Source: an uncultured Calditrichaceae bacterium (GTDB lineage Bacteria > Zhuqueibacterota > Zhuqueibacteria > Oceanimicrobiales > Oceanimicrobiaceae). From it: a stretch of DNA of 64,000 nucleotides. The notes under the pieces are model-generated. The model saw nothing but the letters and a program-made list of their open reading frames with translations. It was not told the origin of the DNA and did no database searches. The position numbers were made by a program, and so were the translations under genes. The stretch spans positions 7,753 to 71,752 of the forward strand of contig CAYVXE010000002.1 in assembly GCA_964455375.1 (NCBI GenBank). Reading direction: 5' to 3'. This document shows positions 55,617 through 63,815 of the stretch, one piece after another. Positions within the stretch are counted from its first letter, which is position 1, and every line of letters starts with the position of its first letter.

Positions 55617-56495
55617 ATGATGATTAAACTCGGCATCGTAGGACATCCGCTGGCTCATTCATTGTCCCCGGATTTGCATGCGTATTTACTAAACAGGTTG
55701 CACAAAAATGGTGAGTACCTACGGTATGAATGTGATGAATGGGCACTGCCGGATTTAATGCGGCAATTCGTACAAAGTGACCTGACCGGATTTAATGTTA
55801 CGATTCCCTACAAAAAAACGATCATGCCGTTTTTAAATAAGATGACCCCTGCTGCAGAATTCATCGGTGCGGTGAATACAGTGCATCTGAAAACAGGTAA
55901 GTTTTTGGGTTACAATACGGACTGTCTCGGATTTAAACAGGCATTAGAAAGACGGAATGTAACGGTAAAAAGTAAAACAGCAGTGGTCTTTGGTGCGGGC
56001 GGCGCGGCGCGTGCCGTATGTTTTCAATTGCTGGAGTCCGGTGTTTCTGCACTTCGAATTTTTAACCGTACGTTACCTTCGGCTGAGAAAATAGCCAGGG
56101 ATCTTCAAGCCAGGTTTTCTTCCTGCAAAATTGAATTTCAGGACTTGGATTCGGCGAAAACAGCACAGCAAATGCTGGAAGCTGATCTATTTGTGAATAC
56201 CACGTCTTTGGGAATGTGGCCTCATGTCGATTCGACGCCGTTCGTGTTTAAATCTGATTTATCGAACAAAGTCGTGGTGGATGTCGTTTACAATCCGTTA
56301 CGAACGAAGTTTCTGCAATTGGCGGAAGACTTACATGCTGAAACGGTGGACGGTCTGGATATGTTTGTTTTTCAGGGCGTCGAAGCGTTGAAAATCTGGT
56401 TGAACATCGAAGACAGCATTGACTTTAATTATCTAGAGCTTAGAAATATATTAGAGGGAAAAATTAAAATCGTATGGGACAGCTTAGATATTTAA
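55617..56495 (+). CDS. aroE: Shikimate dehydrogenase
   Basis: Motifs GHPLAHSLSP, NVTIPYK, GYNTD and GAGGAARA. It starts immediately after the aroA stop. Confidence 0.92.
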   Translation: MMIKLGIVGHPLAHSLSPDLHAYLLNRLHKNGEYLRYECDEWALPDLMRQFVQSDLTGFNVTIPYKKTIMPFLNKMTPAAEFIGAVNTVHLKTGKFLGYNTDCLGFKQALERRNVTVKSKTAVVFGAGGAARAVCFQLLESGVSALRIFNRTLPSAEKIARDLQARFSSCKIEFQDLDSAKTAQQMLEADLFVNTTSLGMWPHVDSTPFVFKSDLSNKVVVDVVYNPLRTKFLQLAEDLHAETVDGLDMFVFQGVEALKIWLNIEDSIDFNYLELRNILEGKIKIVWDSLDI

Positions 56496-57673
56496 CCGCG
56501 GGTGAATCGCACGGACAGGGGTTGGTGGGAATCATCGAAGGAATTCCTGCCGGCCTGGAAATTCATGAAGATGATATTTTCCATCAGTTGCAGCGGCGGC
56601 AGTTAGGGTACGGTCGCGGCGGCCGGATGAAAATCGAAACAGATCGTGCACGAATTCTCTCCGGCGTGCGGTTTGGCAAAACCCTTGGCAGTCCAATCGC
56701 CATGTTCATTGAAAATAAGGATTGGAAAAACTGGCAGACAAAAATGTCGGTGGAAGAAATCGGGGAAGCGGTGAAAAAGGTTACGGTTCCGCGGCCTGGC
56801 CACGCCGATCTGGCCGGAAGTATCAAATACGGTCAGGACGATATCAGAAATATTCTTGAACGTGCCAGCGCCAGGGAAACAGCGATGCGTGTGGCTTTGG
56901 CGGCCATTGCCCGAAAGTTCTTAGCTGAGTTTGGGATACATATTTTAAGCCATGTAACACAAATTTATCATAAAAAAAGTGCTATTTCATTTCTCAATTA
57001 TGGAAATGAAAAATTTAAGCTGCCATGTGAGATATCTGAGGTCAATGCTTTTGCAGATAAATCCCCTGTCCGCTGTCTTGATACAGGGGTTGAAGCCGAA
57101 ATGATTCAGTCCATCGAATTTGCCAAAAAACAGGGCGACACGGTTGGCGGAATTTTTGAAGTGTGTGCTGTGAATGTTCCCGTCGGGCTTGGCAGTCACA
57201 TTCAGTGGGATCGAAAATTAGACGCCCGAATTGGTGCAGCGATGATGAGCATTCCGGCCATGAAAGGGGTAGAAATCGGTTTGGGATTTTCTGCGGCAGC
57301 AAAGTTTGGCTCAGAGGTCCACGACCCGATTCATTTTGATGAAAGCAGACAGGCCTATTCGCGTCCGAGCAACCACGCCGGCGGCCTCGAAGGAGGCATC
57401 ACCAACGGCATGCCGCTTGTGGTCCGCGTGGCCATGAAGCCCATTTCAACATTGATGAAGCCACTGGATTCCGTGGACATGCAGACAAAAGAGAACGTAC
57501 AGGCGCATATCGAGCGTAGTGACTATTGCGCCGTACCCGCCGCATCTGTGATCGGGGAAGCGATGCTCAGCCTGGTTCTGGCGGATGCATGTCTGGAAAA
57601 GTTCGGCGGCGACGCCATTCAGGAAATACTGCAGTCATTTCATTCCTGGCAGCAGAATGCCTCTCAATCATAA
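56474..57673 (+). CDS. aroC: Chorismate synthase
   Basis: Motifs LTAGESHG, GRGGRMKIE, RPGHADL and ERSDYCAVPAA. 22-nt overlap with aroE. Confidence 0.95.
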   Translation: MGQLRYLTAGESHGQGLVGIIEGIPAGLEIHEDDIFHQLQRRQLGYGRGGRMKIETDRARILSGVRFGKTLGSPIAMFIENKDWKNWQTKMSVEEIGEAVKKVTVPRPGHADLAGSIKYGQDDIRNILERASARETAMRVALAAIARKFLAEFGIHILSHVTQIYHKKSAISFLNYGNEKFKLPCEISEVNAFADKSPVRCLDTGVEAEMIQSIEFAKKQGDTVGGIFEVCAVNVPVGLGSHIQWDRKLDARIGAAMMSIPAMKGVEIGLGFSAAAKFGSEVHDPIHFDESRQAYSRPSNHAGGLEGGITNGMPLVVRVAMKPISTLMKPLDSVDMQTKENVQAHIERSDYCAVPAASVIGEAMLSLVLADACLEKFGGDAIQEILQSFHSWQQNASQS

Positions 57674-58190
57674 AAATTTGTTTTTAACCGGATTTATGGG
57701 TTCCGGTAAAACGACGGTGGGCCGGATTTTGGCAACGAAATTGAAGCGGCCGTTTTTTGATGCGGATAGCCTCATAGAAGCATCTGGGGGGAAATCGATT
57801 GCGGAAATTTTTGCCGAACAGGGTGAAACAAGCTTCCGCAACTTGGAGTCCGACATCATTGAGAAAGTGTCCGAAGAACAATCTGCCGTCATTGCTTTGG
57901 GTGGTGGTGCTATCATGCGAGCAAAAAATGTTGCGGTGATCAGGCATAATGGAATTCTAATCTACCTGAACGTTCCTTTTCATCTCCTGTTCTCAAGAAT
58001 AACCACTGAAGAGGGCAGACCGTTAGTTGCAAAACTGGAGAAATCTCAGCAGTGGAAAAAATTGAAACAACTGTTTGACTCAAGAGTAACAACCTATGAA
58101 CAGGCGGATGTTATCATTGAATGTGGCACTGAAAACACACCTGAAGAAATTGTATCTAAAATTATTTATTCCTTGGAAGAGGTGTCATGA
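57657..58190 (+). CDS. aroK: Shikimate kinase
   Basis: The internal ATG at 57657 gives MPLNHKNLFLTGFMGSGKTTVG (Walker A near the N-terminus). The longer ORF-track start at 57585 lies inside aroC. Confidence 0.9.
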   Translation: MPLNHKNLFLTGFMGSGKTTVGRILATKLKRPFFDADSLIEASGGKSIAEIFAEQGETSFRNLESDIIEKVSEEQSAVIALGGGAIMRAKNVAVIRHNGILIYLNVPFHLLFSRITTEEGRPLVAKLEKSQQWKKLKQLFDSRVTTYEQADVIIECGTENTPEEIVSKIIYSLEEVS

Positions 58191-59047
58191 AAAATATACT
58201 GGTTATTAATGGTCCCAACCTGAATCTTTTAGGGGAACGTGAACCGGAAATTTACGGTTCGGAAACACTTGCGGAGTTGACCGAAGCCCTTGCTGTTTAT
58301 TGTAAGAAGATGAACATGGAAATGAGGAGTTTTCAATCAAATCATGAAGGTGAAATCATCGATGTGATGCATGCAAACCGGAAATGGGCAAACGGTATTA
58401 TTTTGAATCCCGGGGCGCTAACGCACTACAGTTACGCTCTGCGTGATGCCGTTGCTTCTGTAAACCTCCCGACCATTGAAGTGCATTTATCGGATATCAT
58501 GAATAGGGAAGCATTCAGAAAGCAGTCTGTCGTTGAAGACGTCTGTGCAGAAAGGTTCATCGGTCTGGGCCGGGACGGTTATTTTCGAGCCGTGGAATTT
58601 TTGGCTGGTTTGGGTGTTCTTAAAAAGCTGGAGGAATTCATAGCATCCAGTCAGGATAAAGATGCTGTCTTAAAAAAGGCTGTGAAACTTTTGAAAGATT
58701 TATTTCCAAAATACACCTGGGTTGGCATATATTTGAAAGAGGGCGAGGAACTGGTGTTGCATAATTTTATCGGGAAACCCACACCCCATGTGAGGATTCC
58801 TGTGGGGAGCGGAATTTGTGGCGCCGCAGCATCTGAGAAGCAGTCAATTATTGTGGACGATGTCAATGCCGATTCTCGCTATTTAGCCTGCAGTGTTGAA
58901 ACGCGTTCAGAAATTGTCGTCCCGATTATGAGTGCAGTAGACGTGTTTGGTGAAATCGATATTGACAGTGACGAGAATGCCATTTTTCATGATGGTGATC
59001 GCAAAATGTTGGAAGAATGCTCACGGCTACTTTTAGACGTATTTTGA
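58187..59047 (+). CDS. aroQ: Type II 3-dehydroquinate dehydratase fused to a C-terminal GAF (free-Met-sulfoxide-reductase-like) domain
   Basis: Residues 1-~142 carry INGPNLNLLGEREPEIYG, NPGALTHYS and EVHLSDI. Residues ~150-286 carry WVGIYL...GICGAAA...VDDV...LACSVETRSEIVVPI...GEIDIDS, matching the GAF_2/fRMsr pattern. Confidence 0.85.
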   Translation: MKNILVINGPNLNLLGEREPEIYGSETLAELTEALAVYCKKMNMEMRSFQSNHEGEIIDVMHANRKWANGIILNPGALTHYSYALRDAVASVNLPTIEVHLSDIMNREAFRKQSVVEDVCAERFIGLGRDGYFRAVEFLAGLGVLKKLEEFIASSQDKDAVLKKAVKLLKDLFPKYTWVGIYLKEGEELVLHNFIGKPTPHVRIPVGSGICGAAASEKQSIIVDDVNADSRYLACSVETRSEIVVPIMSAVDVFGEIDIDSDENAIFHDGDRKMLEECSRLLLDVF

Positions 59048-59230
59048 TTTCTGCCAAAGTAACAGGTTTTGCTTCATTCTGGCAAAAAACGAGTTTGTGA
59101 AAAATTAGAATGTTAAATTAAATAGAGATAAGTCTTTTAAATTCAGATGTCTTTTCAAATTTGGAATAGTTGTTGCTTATTTGAATTGAACGGAATTAAT
59201 AAGACGTTTTGACATATATAAAAGGTAACT

Positions 59231-61657
59231 ATGGAAGAGACAAAATTTGACAGTGAAAGTACCGATATTCTTGTTCCCGTGGAAAAATTTGAACAGGCTA
59301 TTGAGGATATACCGGACAGCCAGGAATCCGATCTGGAAATTCCACAGGTTTTACCGGTGCTGCCGTTACGAAATACCGTGGTTTTTCCACAACAAATTAT
59401 TCCAATCTCTGTGGGTCGTGACAAGTCCATCAAGCTAATCGAGGATGTTGCCTCTGAAGATAAGCTCATCGTTTTGATTGCCCAAAAAGATGGTAAAGTG
59501 GAAAACCCTGGCATCAAAGATCTTTACAGTTGGGGTACGTTAGCAACCATCATGAAAGTGTTCAGGATGCCGGATGGAACCCAAAGCGTCATGGTTCAAG
59601 GGCTTGACAGAGTAAAAATTGTTAAGTATGCACAGGAGGAACCATATTTTAAAGCATTGGTTCAGCTCCAAAAGGAGCATAAAGCAGGGGGAGTTGATAT
59701 TGAAGCATTGGTTGGAAATATCCGTTCCTTATTTCAAAAAATTGTTGGGCTTGCGCCGTATTTAACCCCTGAACATGTGATGCTGGTCACGAATACCGAC
59801 TCTCCCGGCCGTCTTGCTGATATTATTACATGGAACCTGAATGTCGCAACGAATGAGAAACAGGAAATTCTGGAACTTGTCGATCTTAAAGAGCGACTTG
59901 AAAAATTGACGTATATTTTAAACAAAGAGTTGCAAATACTTGAATTGGGGAGTAAGATTCAGTCGGAGGTTCAGGGGGAAATCAGCAAAACACAGCGTGA
60001 ATATTATTTGCGGGAACAACTCAAAGCCATCAAAAAGGAGTTGGGGGAAGACGATGATGAGCGAACAGTGGAGATAAATGAGTTAAAGAAAAAAATTAAA
60101 AAGGCAGACCTGCCAAAAGAAGCATTAGATATCGCTGAAAAGGAATTAAACCGATTGAGTAAAATGCCGCCATCGGCTGCAGAATATACGGTTTCGCGAA
60201 CCTATTTGGATTGGCTGATCGAAGCCCCCTGGACTAAGACGACTGAAGACAATTTGGATATTGAATCTGCCCAGCAGGTTTTGGATGAAGATCACTACGA
60301 TCTCGAAAAAGTTAAAAAGCGCATTCTTGAATATCTTGCAGTGAGAAAGCTCAAGAAAAATATGAAGGGACCTATTTTATGTTTTGTGGGACCGCCGGGA
60401 GTTGGTAAAACATCACTGGGGAAATCCATTGCCAGAGCCTTGGGACGAAAGTTCATCCGGATTTCCCTGGGTGGTGTACATGATGAAGCAGAAATTCGTG
60501 GCCATCGTCGCACTTACATCGGTGCGCTTCCGGGGAGAATTATTCAGGGATTGAAGAAAGTGGGGTCAAAAAATCCCGTCTTTATGCTGGATGAAATCGA
60601 CAAGGTTGGCACGGATTTTCGCGGCGATCCATCATCTGCATTGTTGGAGGTGTTGGACCCGGAACAAAATAATACATTCTCTGATCATTATTTAGAAGTC
60701 CCGTTTGATTTGTCGCAAGTCATGTTCATCGCCACAGCGAATATTGTCGATCCGATTATTCCTGCTCTGAAGGACAGAATGGAGATGATCGAATTACCGG
60801 GCTACACTGAAGACGATAAACTGAATATCTCTCAAAAATATTTGATCCCCAAGCAAAAGCAGGAGCATGGTCTTAAAGATGAACAGATTCATTTTGAAGA
60901 AAGTGCTATTAAGGCGATTATTAACAGTTATACCCGAGAGGCAGGTGTGCGAAATTTGGAAAGGGAGATCGCCTCTGTTTGTCGTGGCGTAGCAAGGGAA
61001 GTTGTGGAAGGTAAGGATGGTCTGGCAAAAATCAAGGATGAATCTCTACATGCGTATTTAGGCCCGGAAAAATATTTTTATGATGTAGCAGAACGGACCT
61101 CGAGGCCGGGTGTGGCAACAGGGCTTGCATGGACGCCTGCAGGCGGCGATATTTTATTTGTGGAAGCATCAAAAATGCCCGGCAAAGGTAAGTTAACGCT
61201 CACCGGTTCTTTGGGTGACATCATGAAAGAATCAGCCACTGCCGCGTTGAGCTATATTCGTGCTAATGCTAAAAACTTAAAGATAGAAGACGATTTATTC
61301 ATGAATCACGACATTCACATTCACGTTCCTGCAGGTGCTATACCGAAGGACGGTCCATCTGCAGGTGTCACTTTGTTTACGTCGTTAATGTCTCTTTTTA
61401 CGGAGCGGTTGGTGAAAAACAATGTCGCCATGACCGGCGAAATTACTTTGCGCGGTCTTGTTTTACCCGTTGGTGGGATTAAGGAAAAGGTACTTGCTGC
61501 TCACAGAGCAGGTATAAAAATGGTTTTACTTCCGGCAAAAAACAAGAAAGATATCGAGGATATTCCACCAGCAATTCTTGCAGAGTTGGAGTTCTGCTAT
61601 GTAAAAGATGTTGATGCAGTTATAGAAAATGCATTGACGCAAAAAAAGACCCGTTAA
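59231..61657 (+). CDS. lon: ATP-dependent Lon protease
   Basis: 808 aa. N-terminal LON domain, Walker A GPPGVGKTS, and a protease domain with the catalytic serine in KDGPSAGV. Confidence 0.97.
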   Translation: MEETKFDSESTDILVPVEKFEQAIEDIPDSQESDLEIPQVLPVLPLRNTVVFPQQIIPISVGRDKSIKLIEDVASEDKLIVLIAQKDGKVENPGIKDLYSWGTLATIMKVFRMPDGTQSVMVQGLDRVKIVKYAQEEPYFKALVQLQKEHKAGGVDIEALVGNIRSLFQKIVGLAPYLTPEHVMLVTNTDSPGRLADIITWNLNVATNEKQEILELVDLKERLEKLTYILNKELQILELGSKIQSEVQGEISKTQREYYLREQLKAIKKELGEDDDERTVEINELKKKIKKADLPKEALDIAEKELNRLSKMPPSAAEYTVSRTYLDWLIEAPWTKTTEDNLDIESAQQVLDEDHYDLEKVKKRILEYLAVRKLKKNMKGPILCFVGPPGVGKTSLGKSIARALGRKFIRISLGGVHDEAEIRGHRRTYIGALPGRIIQGLKKVGSKNPVFMLDEIDKVGTDFRGDPSSALLEVLDPEQNNTFSDHYLEVPFDLSQVMFIATANIVDPIIPALKDRMEMIELPGYTEDDKLNISQKYLIPKQKQEHGLKDEQIHFEESAIKAIINSYTREAGVRNLEREIASVCRGVAREVVEGKDGLAKIKDESLHAYLGPEKYFYDVAERTSRPGVATGLAWTPAGGDILFVEASKMPGKGKLTLTGSLGDIMKESATAALSYIRANAKNLKIEDDLFMNHDIHIHVPAGAIPKDGPSAGVTLFTSLMSLFTERLVKNNVAMTGEITLRGLVLPVGGIKEKVLAAHRAGIKMVLLPAKNKKDIEDIPPAILAELEFCYVKDVDAVIENALTQKKTR

Positions 61658-61781
61658 ATGTATCAATTGGTGGGCAGTGCATCAACTGGTTACAGTTTAA
61701 TCGTCATCAGTGTCTGACACCTAACGAAATAATATCTAAAAAAAATAAATACTTAGAATGTGAAATAGGCCTTAGCTGTTG

Positions 61782-61796
61782 TGGCACAGTCTTTGA
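61782..61796 (+). promoter_or_regulatory. Candidate sigma54-type -24/-12 element
   Basis: TGGCACagtctTTGA has correct GG/G spacing but the -12 C is replaced by A. It overlaps an alternative sigma70-type reading, TTGACT (61793-61798) N17 TATTTT. Confidence 0.2.
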
Positions 61797-61841
61797 CTCA
61801 ACCAGAAGAAGCTAATATTTTCCCACAATATCGAGAGGCCT

Positions 61842-62357
61842 ATGAAAGAACTGTTGTATTTTTCTTCATCGGATGTGATGGTGCAGGTGAGCTATACAAA
61901 AGAAACGAACTTAATAGAATATTATACGCATAGAAAATTGACGTTTGGCGAACGTGTCATCGTTGAACAGTATCTTTTGAATAATGTAGCCATTAAGACA
62001 GAGTATTATAAACGTGTACCCTCGGTGCTTAATTATTCCGGTGTGGATAGCAAATTGGTCAAGGACCTAAATCAGTTCCATTTGAAGAACACGATCAATG
62101 TTTTAAAAGACAAAGAAAAAGAAGTTGAGACATCGGTAAAGAATCTCATTGATAAATCGATGGCAAATTATTACTTTGAACAAATAGGAAACACGATCAT
62201 CGATCTTCGAAAGATGGTTGAAAAACCAGGCTACACTTACAAAATTAATATTTATAGGAAAAAATTAGACAAACTCATACAAGCTTATAATGAGTTTGCG
62301 GAAGAAAAAGTGTCATTTAATGACATCGTACCAAAAGAAATTCAAACGTATCTATAA
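61842..62357 (+). CDS. Hypothetical protein (171 aa, no recognisable domain)
   Basis: Intact ORF with coding-like composition, 28 nt upstream of the next gene on the same strand. No signal peptide is seen. Confidence 0.45.
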   Translation: MKELLYFSSSDVMVQVSYTKETNLIEYYTHRKLTFGERVIVEQYLLNNVAIKTEYYKRVPSVLNYSGVDSKLVKDLNQFHLKNTINVLKDKEKEVETSVKNLIDKSMANYYFEQIGNTIIDLRKMVEKPGYTYKINIYRKKLDKLIQAYNEFAEEKVSFNDIVPKEIQTYL

Positions 62358-62385
62358 TTCATCCAAAAATTGAGGAGCCTTTTAC

Positions 62386-63639
62386 ATGAAACCAAAATTA
62401 ATTATTTCGGCAATGGCTACCTTCCTGATTTTATCCACCTCTTTGACATTCGCACAATCAAACAAGGGTAAGTTGGGAGTGGGGCTAAATGCTGGCGCTC
62501 AGAGAGTTTATGGGGATAGGAAATTTGTTAGTTTCGCTCCGGGAGCCGAAGGTTTTCTGACCTACAGATTTCTTCCATTTGCTGATGTCGCGCTGGGAAT
62601 TGGCTACAATCAATTAAAAGTACAGTTTGTTAAAAATGGTGGCTCATCCACAACAGATATTTTTAACTTCGATTTGAGAAGTAATTTTGAGGTCATTTCC
62701 AGCGGTATGTTTCGTCCTTATGTTAGTGTCGGAGCAGGTCTGTTACGCCATAAAGTACGACATGCCAAGCCGGCAATGTCATCCAAACTCAGCGGTTCAT
62801 TTATAGGCGGTGGTGGGCTTAAAGTTCAACTAAATCCGAAACTAAATTTCTTTGTCGGCGCGGATTACCGGTTTACAACAACAGATCTCTTAGATAATCC
62901 GCTTTCAGAAGGAAAATCAAACGACGGATTTTTGAGCGCACGGACCGGAATAACCTATTATTTTAACGGTGAATACGATAGAACACCCCAAGTCATTGCC
63001 AGTGAACGAGCTCCCTTTTATGAACTCGATTCATCTGAAGAAAATCCGAATGCTGATTCATATCCTTATGCATCCGGTGAATCAAAGGACATGCAAGAGT
63101 ATATTAAGTTGAAATCACGTGTTGATGCACTTTCAAACAACATTGCAACAAAAGATCAGGAAATTTCTGATTCCCGGAATTCACTAAATCAAAGGAAGAG
63201 AAAACTGTCGTCGTTGGAGCAACAAGCTTCAAACCAACCATCGAAAAGGTTAATCAGCAATTCTTCAATGTCCGGTTTTACAGAAATTTACAAAGAGGGA
63301 TTGGCTAATTATTACAACAAAAATTACACGGAAGCGATTTCATTTTTTCAGATACTGCTACAACGCTATTCAAATCATAATTTGGCCAGCAGTTGTCAGT
63401 ATTGGATAGGTAACAGTCTATATGCCCTCCATAGATACCAGGACGCAATTGAAGCTTTTAATAAAGTATTGACGTATGACCGATCATTGAAAAGGGACGA
63501 TGCCCTTTTTTACTTGGGTAAATCTTATATGGAAATGGGTTTGACTGAACGCGCAAAGGATTCATTCAGCAGGTTAATCACCGGGTACATTCACAGTGAA
63601 TATGTTAGTGAAGCCCGTGCCCTGATGGCAACTCTTTAG
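62386..63639 (+). CDS. OmpA-like beta-barrel, coiled coil and YbgF/CpoB-like TPR fusion protein
   Basis: Signal peptide ending TFAQS. About 170 aa of amphipathic beta-strands ending GITYYF. Coiled coil (EYIKLKSRVDALSNNIATKDQEI...). C-terminal TPR CQYWIGNSLYALHRYQDAIEAFNKV...DDALFYLGKSY. SD GAGGAG lies upstream. Confidence 0.65.
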   Translation: MKPKLIISAMATFLILSTSLTFAQSNKGKLGVGLNAGAQRVYGDRKFVSFAPGAEGFLTYRFLPFADVALGIGYNQLKVQFVKNGGSSTTDIFNFDLRSNFEVISSGMFRPYVSVGAGLLRHKVRHAKPAMSSKLSGSFIGGGGLKVQLNPKLNFFVGADYRFTTTDLLDNPLSEGKSNDGFLSARTGITYYFNGEYDRTPQVIASERAPFYELDSSEENPNADSYPYASGESKDMQEYIKLKSRVDALSNNIATKDQEISDSRNSLNQRKRKLSSLEQQASNQPSKRLISNSSMSGFTEIYKEGLANYYNKNYTEAISFFQILLQRYSNHNLASSCQYWIGNSLYALHRYQDAIEAFNKVLTYDRSLKRDDALFYLGKSYMEMGLTERAKDSFSRLITGYIHSEYVSEARALMATL

Positions 63640-63668
63640 ACAGCACTCAGTAGCTAGACCGCTTTCAG

Positions 63669-63732
63669 AAGGGTTTTTTCGAAATACCGGGTAAACAAAT
63701 CCTGTTTATTTTGAAAAAACCCTTTTATTTTT
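63669..63732 (+). terminator. Strong Rho-independent terminator
   Basis: 18-bp stem 63669-63686 / 63707-63724 (one G.U pair), a 20-nt loop, then a T-rich tail TTATTTTT. Confidence 0.8.
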
Positions 63733-63815
63733 CCGCCTTATTTCTTGATCTTCTGGAGAAATTTTCATATTATTTATGAAAGTAATCTTTCAATTCTTTT
63801 TAGAGGTCATTTTTG

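Noticed and set aside
59048-59230. Search for a heat-shock control element (CIRCE or a sigma32-type promoter) and a terminator between aroQ-GAF and lon.
   Set aside because: I found no CIRCE-like inverted repeat and no convincing CTTGAA/CCCCAT-type promoter. The only hairpin (tgcca/tggca, 5 bp) is too weak to call a terminator.
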